A stretch of 64,000 nt of DNA from NCBI GenBank assembly GCA_965248535.1, contig CBDFJR010000005.1:800001-864000 (forward strand), read 5' to 3'. The DNA is from Phormidesmis sp. (GTDB lineage Bacteria; Cyanobacteriota; Cyanobacteriia; Leptolyngbyales; Leptolyngbyaceae). Each line of letters begins with the position of its first letter. The first letter of the stretch is position 1. This document shows, one piece after another, positions 1 through 10,246 of this stretch. The translations under genes were made by a program, and so were the position numbers. The notes under the pieces are model-generated. The model was given only the letters and a program-made list of their open reading frames with translations. It ran no database searches and was not told the DNA's origin.

Positions 1-2
1 GC

Positions 3-311
3 TATTGGGCAGGCAAAGCGGGTCGAGGTCTATTTAGAGTGCACGGCAGCGGCGAAGATCCTGGATTTTTTACCAACAATAGTCGCTACCCTGACAGTGC
101 AGGCTGGAACCCGACGATCGGTTGTCTTTCTGCCCTAGAACTCTATGACCAAACGGGACGACTTCAGCAAGCCGACATGCCCAAGATTTTGAGCGCTCTA
201 ACCGCCGCAGGTGGACGGGATTTTTCGGGCTACTTGATGGTGGTTGAAGTTCCCGATCGTGCCAACGCTCCGATCTCAAAGCAAGAGATTGAGTCCGTGC
301 TGAGAGAATAA
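3..311 (+). CDS. 3' end of a gene running in from the window edge; possible L,D-transpeptidase (YkuD)-like catalytic region
   Basis: Frame is open from the window start (YWAGKAGRGLFRVHGSG...PTIGCL); the HG...T-x-G-C arrangement resembles YkuD motifs. Confidence 0.45.
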   Translation, partial: YWAGKAGRGLFRVHGSGEDPGFFTNNSRYPDSAGWNPTIGCLSALELYDQTGRLQQADMPKILSALTAAGGRDFSGYLMVVEVPDRANAPISKQEIESVLRE

Positions 312-430
312 AGGTTTTCTGCTAAATCGCTTGATATAAGAATCAGAGATTTGGCAGATGTGCTCCATAACACCTTAAGATCTCTTCAAAACCAGTTAGA
401 TCTAGCAACGGAGTTGCTGTTAACGCCGAT

Positions 431-2287
431 ATGAAGCTATCCCCATGGACAAAGTTGCTCAGTCTGTTAAAACGCGGGTATTTAAAGTCTAGGCTGAACC
501 GATTGATTGCGATTAGCCTATCGCTGTTTATCTTGACTTTTTCCCTCGTGGTTGCTACGTCAAATGGGATGCTGTCTAATCTCTCACAGATCAATTCTGC
601 TGGGGTGGCGCTGCTAGCGACGAAGAAGTTTTCGCCGATTCTCTCTAGGTTTGAGATTTCGTTAACTCCCCTGTGTCGCCAAGGCACCTCGATCGGATAT
701 CAAGCTTCAACTTCGATCGGCAACTTGGCGGCGGGCAGCGCAAATCACTCGGTGCGAGATGCAAACGTTAGCGGACTGCTAGAGGCGATCGCTCCGGCTT
801 GGAAAGACGCGATCGTGGCTCCCCCGTTTCCTCAAATTCATGGGCGGGCCCGATTGGCAAAAGTTCCGGTGATCATGTATCACGACATCATTGCTGAGAA
901 GCAAGTCTTTTTTGATGTCACTCCCGCAGAGTTTGAGGCAGCGCTGCAACTGATTCAAAAAAATGGTCTCACGCCTGTGAGTTTTGATCAGCTAGTCGAG
1001 CATCTCAAAACTGGAATTCCGTTGCCCAAAAAGCCGATCGTGCTGACGTTTGATGATGGTTATCAAGGGCATTACAAATTTGTATATCCCCTGCTAAAGA
1101 AGTATGGATATCCCGCAGCGTTTGCGATTTATCCGGCTAAAGTAGGCACCACAAAGGGACGATCGAGCGTTAGCTGGGATCAAGTTCGAGAAATGGCCGC
1201 CGATCCACTAGTCACGATCGCGTCTCATAGTCTCACCCATCCTCTCGATTTGAGAGAGATGACCGACGCACAGCTTCAGCAAGAATTGGTCGAGTCAAAG
1301 CGCATTTTAGAAAAAGAACTCAGTCAATCGATCAAATATTTTATCTATCCGTCGGGCAAAAACGACGATCGCGTTCAGCAAGGCATTCAGCAAGCTGGGT
1401 ATGAAGCCGCTTGGACGATGAACGACGAAGAAACTCGATTTGCGGCAGATTCAGACAATTTGTTGACGATCGATCGCATCGGTCAGTCTCAGTTAGCCGA
1501 GGTGATCGAAAAAGCTGATGGCGGGCCGTCTCTAAGCTTTTTGGGCAACTCATCAAACTTCTATGCGCCCGTGCAACTCACGCGCACCAAAGTCGGCAAG
1601 GTGCCGCTCATCTTTGCTTCTGGCGGCAAACCGATCACCATTCACGCAGACAGCCGCTATCAGGTGCCTGAGATTGCTGCTAAAACGACGGCGATCGCGG
1701 CGGTTGACGGCGCTTTTTTCTCGCTCAAGTCTCTCGATTCTAATCAGATGATTGGGCCGGTTTTGAGTCAAACAACGGGCCGATTTGTTCGAGGTAACCC
1801 TGGAGAATTGCCCCTGATTAAAGGACGACCTTTGGTGTTGATCAGTGCCAGCACGGTGCGATTTGTGCCCTTTGATCCCAGTCGTCACAACACGCAAGCA
1901 GGCATGGAGAGCGACTTACCAGGGCTGACTGATGCGTTTGTGGCGGCGGCTTGGTTAGTCAAAGACGGTCAGCCTCAAGAGGCTCAAAGCTTTGGCAAAC
2001 TCTATGGATTTGATGCCGAGCGCGATCGGGCCTTTTGGGGCATTGATTGGGCAAACCGTCCGGTGGTCGGCGTGTCGGGCGATTATGTCAACTCGGTGAA
2101 GTTTGGAGAAGTGCTCAGTCGGGCCGGGCTGCGTGATGCGATCATGCTCGACTCAGGGGCGAGCGCCTCGCTGGCCTATCAGGGTCAATCGATGATGAGC
2201 TATACGCCGCGCCCAGTTCCTCATGTGGTAGCGCTGTTGCCGCCTGAGTCAGGGTCAGATGCGGCTTGCAAAGTGGCCTCTAACTAA
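431..2287 (+). CDS. Polysaccharide deacetylase (NodB/CE4) fused to a C-terminal phosphodiester glycosidase (NAGPA-like) domain
   Basis: VPVIMYHD, LTFDDGY and SHSLTH motifs; C-terminal AIMLDSGAS motif; N-terminal TM segment. Confidence 0.85.
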   Translation: MKLSPWTKLLSLLKRGYLKSRLNRLIAISLSLFILTFSLVVATSNGMLSNLSQINSAGVALLATKKFSPILSRFEISLTPLCRQGTSIGYQASTSIGNLAAGSANHSVRDANVSGLLEAIAPAWKDAIVAPPFPQIHGRARLAKVPVIMYHDIIAEKQVFFDVTPAEFEAALQLIQKNGLTPVSFDQLVEHLKTGIPLPKKPIVLTFDDGYQGHYKFVYPLLKKYGYPAAFAIYPAKVGTTKGRSSVSWDQVREMAADPLVTIASHSLTHPLDLREMTDAQLQQELVESKRILEKELSQSIKYFIYPSGKNDDRVQQGIQQAGYEAAWTMNDEETRFAADSDNLLTIDRIGQSQLAEVIEKADGGPSLSFLGNSSNFYAPVQLTRTKVGKVPLIFASGGKPITIHADSRYQVPEIAAKTTAIAAVDGAFFSLKSLDSNQMIGPVLSQTTGRFVRGNPGELPLIKGRPLVLISASTVRFVPFDPSRHNTQAGMESDLPGLTDAFVAAAWLVKDGQPQEAQSFGKLYGFDAERDRAFWGIDWANRPVVGVSGDYVNSVKFGEVLSRAGLRDAIMLDSGASASLAYQGQSMMSYTPRPVPHVVALLPPESGSDAACKVASN

Positions 2288-2571
2288 AAAGTGAGTTGAT
2301 AAGAAGCGGCAGCCTTGGCCGTCTCTGAGAGATATCTCTCAAGAGTGATGTTTAAACCGATCGCGCCTTTTAAAGTTGTCCGATAAGCAGGGCTTCTTGG
2401 CGATCGTCAGGTGCCCATTATGGTTTATTAACCGGGTGCTCTTGTTGTGCTGCTGGCGCTCAGACGATATCAGCGTTCCTTAAAAGCTCGTCTTATGTTG
2501 ACTCTTGCAGCGTTTATCTCTGACTAATTCTTATATTTCCTCACCGCTCAGAGTGGCTCAATATTTTTGCT

Positions 2572-3873
2572 ATGACCCAAAACCTTTGGCAGTCAGGATT
2601 TTTAGATCGAGCGCGATCGACCACACCCATTCTGGCGATCGCTCTAACAGTGGGGTTGTCCGCAAGCGGGTGTCAATCATCCGATCGCAAGGCCAGCGCC
2701 ACCGCCCCACCACCCCCCTTAGTCAAAGTTCAACAAATTAACTCAGCCCAGATTGAAGAAAGCTCCGAGTTTGTTGGATCGCTAGAGGCTCCGCAGAGAG
2801 TGACGCTTCAACCGCAAATTCAAGGGCGAATTAGTTCGATCTTAGTAGCAAGCGGTCAGCGAGTGCAGCAAGGTACGCCCATTCTGGAGTTGAGCATTGA
2901 CCAGACAGAAGCCAACGTCAACAGCGCTAGCGCTTCTGCCAACGCCACCAGAGCCGGGCTGGGAACTGCTCAGGCACAGCTTGCAGCCACCCAAGCGGCC
3001 CGCGACAAAGCGGCCGCAAACGTTCAACTTCAGCAGACGCAGTTCAATCGCTATCAGAGCCTTGCTCGTGATGGTGCCGTTCCTCAGCAGCAGCTAGATA
3101 TTGCTAGAAATAATTTGCAAACGGCGATCGCCGATCTCAGTGCCGCCGACAAACAGGTAAACGCGTCGCAGGCAGGAGTGCAACAATCTCAAGCCAATAT
3201 TAAAGCGGCAGATGCCCAAGTGGCAGCTAGTCAAGTCAATCTCAATTTCAAGCGGGTTGTGGCTCCAGTCACAGGGGTTGTGGGCGATTTTCCGGTGAAG
3301 GTGGGCGATTATGTCAACACGGGGCAGACCCTGACCACGATTATTCAGACCGATGCCTTTGATCTCAATTTGGCGATCCCGTCTAGTCGCTCTGCTCAGT
3401 TGCGGTCTGGACTTCCGGTCGAACTGATTGATCCCACGACTAAAAAGCGATTGTCAACAGGCTCGATCGGGTATATCGCTTCGACAACTGACCCGACTCA
3501 GCAGACCATCTTGAGTAAAGGGCGGTTTCCAAACTCTAACGGGCTGTTGCGAGATGGGCAATATGTTCAAGCCCGTGTAGTCTGGAACCGCAAACCGGGA
3601 GTGTTAGTGCCCACCGAGGCTGTTTTGCCGATCGGGGGTCAAAACTTTGTGTTTGTGACCGTCAACAAGACGGATGACTCTGGCAAAACTCAAACCTTGG
3701 CGCATCAGGTGCCCGTTACCTTGGGCGACATCCAGGGGCAAAATTATCAGGTTTTGCAGGGACTAGAGCCTGGTGCATCGGTGATTGTGTCTGGCGTGTC
3801 AAAGCTCAAAGAAGGGGTCACCGTTGCGCCTCAAGACAACAACCCTCCGCAATCTCAAGCGTCCCAATCTTAG
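2572..3873 (+). CDS. RND efflux periplasmic adaptor (MFP) lipoprotein
   Basis: Lipobox-like LSASGC; lipoyl halves QPQIQGRI and VVAPVTGVVG; coiled-coil hairpin; adjacent to an RND permease. Confidence 0.92.
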   Translation: MTQNLWQSGFLDRARSTTPILAIALTVGLSASGCQSSDRKASATAPPPPLVKVQQINSAQIEESSEFVGSLEAPQRVTLQPQIQGRISSILVASGQRVQQGTPILELSIDQTEANVNSASASANATRAGLGTAQAQLAATQAARDKAAANVQLQQTQFNRYQSLARDGAVPQQQLDIARNNLQTAIADLSAADKQVNASQAGVQQSQANIKAADAQVAASQVNLNFKRVVAPVTGVVGDFPVKVGDYVNTGQTLTTIIQTDAFDLNLAIPSSRSAQLRSGLPVELIDPTTKKRLSTGSIGYIASTTDPTQQTILSKGRFPNSNGLLRDGQYVQARVVWNRKPGVLVPTEAVLPIGGQNFVFVTVNKTDDSGKTQTLAHQVPVTLGDIQGQNYQVLQGLEPGASVIVSGVSKLKEGVTVAPQDNNPPQSQASQS

Positions 3874-3885
3874 GAGACCCCGATC

Positions 3886-6800
3886 GTGATTTTGTCTATC
3901 GCTGATCTGTTCATCAAGCGACCCGTTTTAACAACTGTCTGCACGATCGTGATTGCGTTGTTGGGGGCTGTGTGTTTACCGCTATTGCCGATTGAATATA
4001 TTCCGCAAATTGCGCCGATTCAAGTGCAGATCTCAGCGTCTTATGTAGGGGCTGATCCCGAAACGATCGAGACGACGGTTACCACCCCGATTGAGCGCAA
4101 ACTGAATGGAACACCGGATCTGTCCTACTTTACGTCCAGTACTGTAGCAGGCACCAGCAGCATCTCGGCCTACTTTCCGGTCAACACCGACAAATACATC
4201 GACCAAGTGAACGTGCAGAACAATCTGCAACAGGCGATCCCCCTATTGCCTACGTCAGTGCAACAACAAGGAGTCACCGTTAAGACAGCTTCCACGAGTA
4301 TTTTGTTGGTCTATGGGTTCTACTCACCCGACAACACTTATGACTCAACGTTTGTAAGCAACTATGTTGATCTATATGTAAACGACGAGATGGCCAGGGT
4401 GCCCGGTGTGGGGCAGGTCAACGTGTTTGGACAGCATCAATACGCCATGCGGTTTTGGCTCGACCCGAATGCGTTGGCGAGTCGCGGCGTGACGGTTGGC
4501 GATGTGGTCAGTGCGGTGCAGTCTCAAAACGTGGTGGTTGGCGGAGGTGCGATCGGGACTGAACCCTCACCGCCGGGACAACGCTATCAGATTCCGCTCA
4601 AGCTACAAGGACAGTTTAAGAACGCATCCGACGCAGAAAATATTGTGATTCGAGCCGGAAGCGGCGGCAATATAATTCGGCTGAAGGATGTAGGCCATGC
4701 CGAACTCGGCTCTCAAACCTATAGCAGCAGTGCCAAAGTCAACGGCAAACCTGGCGTAGCATTAGCTATCTATCAGTTGCCGGGTAGTAATGCGCTTGAT
4801 GTGGCCAAACAAATCGAAGCCCGCATGGAAGAATTGAAGCAAGGCTTTCCACCAGGGATCACCGTCGAGCCTGTGTATGACACCGTGCGCTTTATCGAAG
4901 AATCGAACAAAGAGGTGATCTACACCCTGCTCGAAGCAGTTGGACTAGTGGTTTTAGTCATTTTTGTATTTTTGCAAAACTGGCGGGCAACAGTAATCCC
5001 CACGATCGCCATCCCGGTTTCGTTAATCGGAGCCTTTATTTTTGCTAAACTGCTCGGATTTTCGATCAATAGTTTGACGATGTTTGGCTTAGTGCTGGCA
5101 ACTGGACTGGTTGTGGATGACGCGATTCTAGTGATCGAAGCGGTCACCGCCAAAATTGAACAAGGCAAAACTGCTAAGCAAGCCAGCTTTGAAGCGATGG
5201 ACGAGTTGACCGGGGCAATCTTGGCCACGTCGCTGGTGTTAATGGCGGTGTTTGTTCCGGTGGCGTTTTTTCCGGGCGCAACGGGATTGTTGTATCGGCA
5301 GTTCGCGTTGATTATTGCCTTCTCGATCGCCGTTTCAACGTTCAACGCGCTCACGTTCAGTCCGACGATCGCGGCTATTCTGTTGCGCCCTGCTCAAGAA
5401 GCTCGTGGGCCCTTGGGCTGGTTTTTTGGCAAATTTAATCAAGGGTTTGACTGGACACGATCGCGCTATCGGTCTCTAGCACAGTGGCTACTGCGAATTC
5501 GATATCTGGTGTTGGGTGTGTTTGTAGTGGGACTAGCCGCCACGCTTTTGATCTTTAGGGCTGTGCCGTCGGGGTTTGTGCCCGGTGAGGATCAAGGCTC
5601 CATTCAAGGCATTATTCAAGGGCCTGATATCGCCTCGCTGCAATACACCAATGATATTCTTGACCAGGTGCATCACGTCTTTGAAGGAGTGCCCGAAATC
5701 CGATCGACGGCCACGATCGCTGGGGCAGGCTTCAACGGCAACGCCGCCAACCAAGGTATCTTTTTTGCCAACCTCAAGTCTTGGGATGAGCGCAAAGGAG
5801 CCGCCCAATCTGTGACCGCCCTGATTAAACGCCTCAACGGAGAGTTTTCCAAAAAAGTCACGGGTGCAACGGCGTTGGCCTCCAGTCCGCCTCCGATTCG
5901 GGGGTTTAGCCCGCTAGGGGGGGTGAATATGCAGCTTCAAGACACCACCAACGGTCGATATACGTTTCAAGAATTCGCGGCTAATGCTCAAGCAATTTTA
6001 CAAAAAGCAAATCAGTCTGGCGTGTATGCTCCTCCTGCATTTACTCAATTCACTCCGAACACTCCTAAGTATGAAATCAATATCAACCGCGATCAGCTAA
6101 GTGCTCTGAATGTTGACTTTCAAACGGCTCTAACAACGCTTGGCACCAGTATTGGCTCATCGTTTGTTAACCAATTTGTTCTAGGACAGCGCTATTACCA
6201 AGTCTATGTGCAGCTAGACGGACAGTATCGCAACAAGCCTGAAGATCTCAGACAGCTTTATGTGCGATCGCGGGATGGCAAAATGGTGTCGATGGAGCAG
6301 TTGGTGTCGATTAAACCCTACAACGGGCCTGCCGTCATTTCTCACTTCAACGGCTATCGATCGATTTTGCTGCAAGGTGCTCAAGCTCCGGGCTATAGCA
6401 GCGGTCAAGCGATCGAGACGATGCAGCAAGCCTTTAAAGCCTCTAACGTCACGGGCATCAAGTTCGATTGGGCAGATCTGAGCCGAGAAGAGGTGGCCGC
6501 AGGCAGTTTAGGAGCCTTGATTTTCCTGTTTGGGATCATCATGGTGTTCTTAGTGTTGTCAGCGCAATACGAAAGCTACATCGATCCGTTGATTATTTTG
6601 CTGACGGTGCCCTTGGCGATTCTCGGCGCACTGGGCGCAATCTGGCTGCGGCGACTGATCGAGCCAACCTTGGCAAACGACGTGTATTGCAATATTGCCC
6701 TCGTGATGTTAATCGGTTTGGCGAGTAAAAACGCCATTTTGATTGTTGAGTTTGCCAATCAAGCTATGGAAGACGGACAAAGCATTGCTGAGGCTGCAAT

Positions 6801-7137
6801 CACTGCCTCTCAAGAACGCTTTCGCCCGATTTTGATGACCTCGATCGCTGCCTTGGTCGGATTTTTCCCTCTGGTCATCGCCAGCGGAGCCGGGGCTAAT
6901 GCTCGCCACTCGTTGGGAACCGCCGTTTTTGGCGGGTTGCTGGTCTCGACCATTTTGAGTTTGCTTGTGGTTCCGGTGCTCTATGTGATTATCAAAAATC
7001 TAGAAGTTCGCTTCTTAAAGCGCCGCCCTGACCGATCGCAGCCTCCTGCATCTCCTAACGGCGGACAGCCGCAGCCCGTGGGCAGTGGCAATTTAGATCC
7101 CCGCAGCGAACCATCGGCTAACCCGACCGAGCGTTAA
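3886..7137 (+). CDS. RND efflux transporter permease (AcrB/HAE1 family)
   Basis: FIKRPV N-terminus, GLVVDDAI, SKNAILIVEFA and RFRPILMTS motifs; 1083 aa. Confidence 0.95.
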   Translation: MILSIADLFIKRPVLTTVCTIVIALLGAVCLPLLPIEYIPQIAPIQVQISASYVGADPETIETTVTTPIERKLNGTPDLSYFTSSTVAGTSSISAYFPVNTDKYIDQVNVQNNLQQAIPLLPTSVQQQGVTVKTASTSILLVYGFYSPDNTYDSTFVSNYVDLYVNDEMARVPGVGQVNVFGQHQYAMRFWLDPNALASRGVTVGDVVSAVQSQNVVVGGGAIGTEPSPPGQRYQIPLKLQGQFKNASDAENIVIRAGSGGNIIRLKDVGHAELGSQTYSSSAKVNGKPGVALAIYQLPGSNALDVAKQIEARMEELKQGFPPGITVEPVYDTVRFIEESNKEVIYTLLEAVGLVVLVIFVFLQNWRATVIPTIAIPVSLIGAFIFAKLLGFSINSLTMFGLVLATGLVVDDAILVIEAVTAKIEQGKTAKQASFEAMDELTGAILATSLVLMAVFVPVAFFPGATGLLYRQFALIIAFSIAVSTFNALTFSPTIAAILLRPAQEARGPLGWFFGKFNQGFDWTRSRYRSLAQWLLRIRYLVLGVFVVGLAATLLIFRAVPSGFVPGEDQGSIQGIIQGPDIASLQYTNDILDQVHHVFEGVPEIRSTATIAGAGFNGNAANQGIFFANLKSWDERKGAAQSVTALIKRLNGEFSKKVTGATALASSPPPIRGFSPLGGVNMQLQDTTNGRYTFQEFAANAQAILQKANQSGVYAPPAFTQFTPNTPKYEININRDQLSALNVDFQTALTTLGTSIGSSFVNQFVLGQRYYQVYVQLDGQYRNKPEDLRQLYVRSRDGKMVSMEQLVSIKPYNGPAVISHFNGYRSILLQGAQAPGYSSGQAIETMQQAFKASNVTGIKFDWADLSREEVAAGSLGALIFLFGIIMVFLVLSAQYESYIDPLIILLTVPLAILGALGAIWLRRLIEPTLANDVYCNIALVMLIGLASKNAILIVEFANQAMEDGQSIAEAAITASQERFRPILMTSIAALVGFFPLVIASGAGANARHSLGTAVFGGLLVSTILSLLVVPVLYVIIKNLEVRFLKRRPDRSQPPASPNGGQPQPVGSGNLDPRSEPSANPTER

Positions 7138-7253
7138 ACCGCTCACTCATTACAACAGATAAAGATTTTGTGGCGATCGTAGATCTCCTTGCGACAATTG
7201 AGGCAGAAGTCAACCATCCATCAGGTGAATTTTTGTCTTAGGAGCTAGGTGCT

Positions 7254-7520
7254 ATGAACACCAGACTGATTTGTTTCTCAGGCGTGGTGACTGCCCTTGT
7301 AGGCGCAGGAATTGGGGTGATTGCAGCAAGCCTGTTTCCGTCTCCCTACACCAGTCAGATCTATCAAAATTTAGATCGGAAATATGCGATCGTAGGCGGC
7401 GTTGCTGGCTTGCTGATCGGCTCCTGTCAAGAGATGATTCGAGAAGCTAAGGAAGAACGCGATATTGAAGACGAGTTGCTTCAAGATCTAGAAAAAGCGC
7501 TGCGATCGCGGAAATCTTGA
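7254..7520 (+). CDS. Small membrane protein, two predicted TM helices
   Basis: ATG preceded by AGGAG; two hydrophobic Gly-rich segments. Confidence 0.7.
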   Translation: MNTRLICFSGVVTALVGAGIGVIAASLFPSPYTSQIYQNLDRKYAIVGGVAGLLIGSCQEMIREAKEERDIEDELLQDLEKALRSRKS

Positions 7521-7614
7521 TCCACCCTTTCAGCTAGGGCAACCTGTCTGACGCTGCTCCGATCGTCCCACTTCAAACCCCCACACTTTGGGAAGATTGC
7601 CGCCAGAGACCCGA

Positions 7615-8886
7615 TTACGTTGTCATTTCTAAAGGTTCGCTCAACAGTTTTCGACGCAGATGATCTAGGGCACTACAGGCGCTAACGTGGCGCACCCACT
7701 CCCGCCCTCTAGCCCCAAACTGATGGGCAAAGCTCGTCACCTGCTTACCCGGCCCCGCTAGCCCAATGTAGACTAACCCCACAGGCTTGGTGTCAGTGCC
7801 GCCATCGGGCCCGGCGATGCCTGTGATGCTCACTCCCCAAGTTGTGTTGAGCCGCGATCGCACCCCCACGGCCATTTGTTGGGCCACGGCTGCGCTGACG
7901 GCTCCCTCTTGGGCTAGGGTCTCAGGGTCAACGCCCAGCAGCGCCACTTTGACCGAGTTGTCATAGGAAATTACGCCGCCCCAAAAATAGCGCGAGCTAC
8001 CTGAAACGCTGGTCAACATCTGCCCCAAGCCGCCGCCCGTGCAAGATTCTGCCACGCTAAGGGTGGTTTGAGTCACCGTCAGCAAGTCACCGACCACGGA
8101 CGCGATCGTCTCTTCGTCACTGCCATAGCAGTCAAGCCCGCCAATCTGCCTAAGTTGGGCTTCAACAGGGGCGATGATCTGGTGCGCCGCCTCTTCAGAC
8201 ACCGCCTTGGCAGAAATACGAAGCTTGACTTCCCCAAAATTGGCGTAGGGAGCGACGGTCGGATTTTGCAATTCAAAAAAATCGGATACTTTTTCAGACA
8301 GACTCGACTCTGCCAGACCCCAAAACTTCAAGATCCGACTCACAATCATTTCTTGACCCCACCCCTGGCGCTTTAGATAGGGCACGGCCGTTTGTTGCCA
8401 CATTTCCTTCATCTCAGTCGGCACCCCCGGAAACGTGAGAATCGTCAGGCTGGGTTGCGGCTGCCAGATTATGCCCGGAGCGCTGCCCACCGGATTGTAG
8501 AGAACCGTTGCCCCTTGGGGTATCAAGGACTGTTTGCGGTTGTTGTCGGTCATTTCTCGCCCGCGTTGAGCAAACTTTTGGGCAATATCTGCCATGACTT
8601 CTGAGCTTTCAATCAGCGGCGTGTCAAAAAAATCAGCGATCGTGGCAGTCGTCAAATCATCGGGGGTCGGCCCTAACCCACCTGTAAATATTAGGATTTC
8701 TGACCGCTCACAGGCAGTAGCGATCGCCCGTTTAAGCCGATCGGGGTTATCGCCTACAACCGTCTGATAATAGTGAGGAATGCCCAACTGAGCGAGTTGC
8801 TGCGCGATGAACTGAGCATTGGAATTCAAAATATTGCCCAGCAATAGCTCAGTGCCGACGCTGATAATCTCTGCGCTTGAACTCAT
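7615..8886 (-). CDS. cinA: Competence/damage-inducible protein A (MoCF-binding domain plus NMN deamidase domain)
   Basis: VGTELLLG, GGLGPTPDDLT, AESCTGG and SITGIAGPDGG motifs. Confidence 0.93.
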   Translation of the reverse strand: MSSSAEIISVGTELLLGNILNSNAQFIAQQLAQLGIPHYYQTVVGDNPDRLKRAIATACERSEILIFTGGLGPTPDDLTTATIADFFDTPLIESSEVMADIAQKFAQRGREMTDNNRKQSLIPQGATVLYNPVGSAPGIIWQPQPSLTILTFPGVPTEMKEMWQQTAVPYLKRQGWGQEMIVSRILKFWGLAESSLSEKVSDFFELQNPTVAPYANFGEVKLRISAKAVSEEAAHQIIAPVEAQLRQIGGLDCYGSDEETIASVVGDLLTVTQTTLSVAESCTGGGLGQMLTSVSGSSRYFWGGVISYDNSVKVALLGVDPETLAQEGAVSAAVAQQMAVGVRSRLNTTWGVSITGIAGPDGGTDTKPVGLVYIGLAGPGKQVTSFAHQFGARGREWVRHVSACSALDHLRRKLLSEPLEMTT

Positions 8887-8915
8887 AAACTAAACCTGAA
8901 GGATTTAAAGCCTCA

Positions 8916-9959
8916 TCATCTCGCGGTTCGCCACACTTGCCAACTCGTGAACGTGAGCAGAGCCGTCGCCGCGATCGCATAGGCTAAACCACTCGGCATT
9001 CCTGAAACCGCCAGGGCCAAACTGCCCACCCAGAGCGTCAGCGAGTAGATAAACAGAACGGCTAACCGATGCGACAGCCCGGCTTGCAGCAAACGGTGAT
9101 GCAGGTGACGTTTGTCAGCGATAAACGGAGACTTGCCGTGACGGAGGCGATCGAGAATCACCGCCGACATATCGATAATCGGCACCGCCAAAATCACATA
9201 GGGCAGCAAAACAGCGACCGTCGTCACACTCTTGACCAGCCCAATTACGCCAACCCCAGCTAGTGTAAACCCAATAAAGTAGGCTCCTCCATCCCCCATA
9301 AAAATCTGAGCCGGGTTGAAGTTATAGCGCAAAAATCCCAGCGTTCCACCCGCTAGGGCCGCCGCAATCAGGGCTGCTGCGGGCTGCTGCATAAACAGAC
9401 AGGTGATCAGCATCACAACGGCAGCAATCCCAGAAACGCCTGCTGCTAGACCATCTAGACCGTCGATCCAGTTAACGGCGTTGGCCATGCCCACCAGCCA
9501 AATCACGGTGATCGGGAGGCTCACCCAGTCAGCCAAGGGAAACAACCCAGAAAGCGGGTTGGTCAAAAACTCGATTTGCACGCCCGCTTTCCAAGCCAGG
9601 CTGGCCACAATAATTTGTAAAATTAATCGCGTCTTGGGAGACAAATTAAATAAGTCGTCTGCAAGCCCGATCAAAAAGAAGGCAAGCCCCCCGATCGTCA
9701 CGCCCCAGACCTCATATTCTTTACCAGGTGGCAAGATGCCAAACCCGCCAGTCCACCAAACAACCAGCAGCGCCGAGACGACCCCTAAAAAGATCGAGAC
9801 ACCGCCCAAGCGCACCATCGGACGCTGATGAACCTTGCGACCCCCAGGCAGATCGACTCGTCCGCTTTTTAGACCAATCTTCTTAACAAGCGGGGTGCTC
9901 CAGAAGACGACCAGCACAGAAACTGTAAAGGCAAGAAAGTGATACAGATGAAAGGGCAT
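8916..9959 (-). CDS. WecA/TagO/MraY-like polyprenyl-phosphate GlcNAc-1-P transferase (glycosyl transferase family 4)
   Basis: GLADD, NWIDGLDG, FMGDGG and HLHHRL motifs; polytopic membrane protein. Confidence 0.92.
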   Translation of the reverse strand: MPFHLYHFLAFTVSVLVVFWSTPLVKKIGLKSGRVDLPGGRKVHQRPMVRLGGVSIFLGVVSALLVVWWTGGFGILPPGKEYEVWGVTIGGLAFFLIGLADDLFNLSPKTRLILQIIVASLAWKAGVQIEFLTNPLSGLFPLADWVSLPITVIWLVGMANAVNWIDGLDGLAAGVSGIAAVVMLITCLFMQQPAAALIAAALAGGTLGFLRYNFNPAQIFMGDGGAYFIGFTLAGVGVIGLVKSVTTVAVLLPYVILAVPIIDMSAVILDRLRHGKSPFIADKRHLHHRLLQAGLSHRLAVLFIYSLTLWVGSLALAVSGMPSGLAYAIAATALLTFTSWQVWRTAR

Positions 9960-10246
9960 CTGAAAATAGCAGTAGGGAGGACAGGAAGTTGTCAGGCAGA
10001 GTTTACTACATCTCAGATGATACTCAGCAAAGAATTATTAAGCACATCTATTTTAGTGAAGATGCAAAAATCTCTTGCGAGGGATCGGGCATGCCCATTT
10101 CAGCCCAGAGGACAATTAATTTCCACGAGCTAAAACCTGTGAGGCGACCTCTACAAAATAGGGCACTCGTGAGAATGCCCTACCCGTCCTATTTCTCCTT
10201 TAGGGATTGAGAACCCGGAAACCCAGGCAAATTCTCGCGCTTGTGC

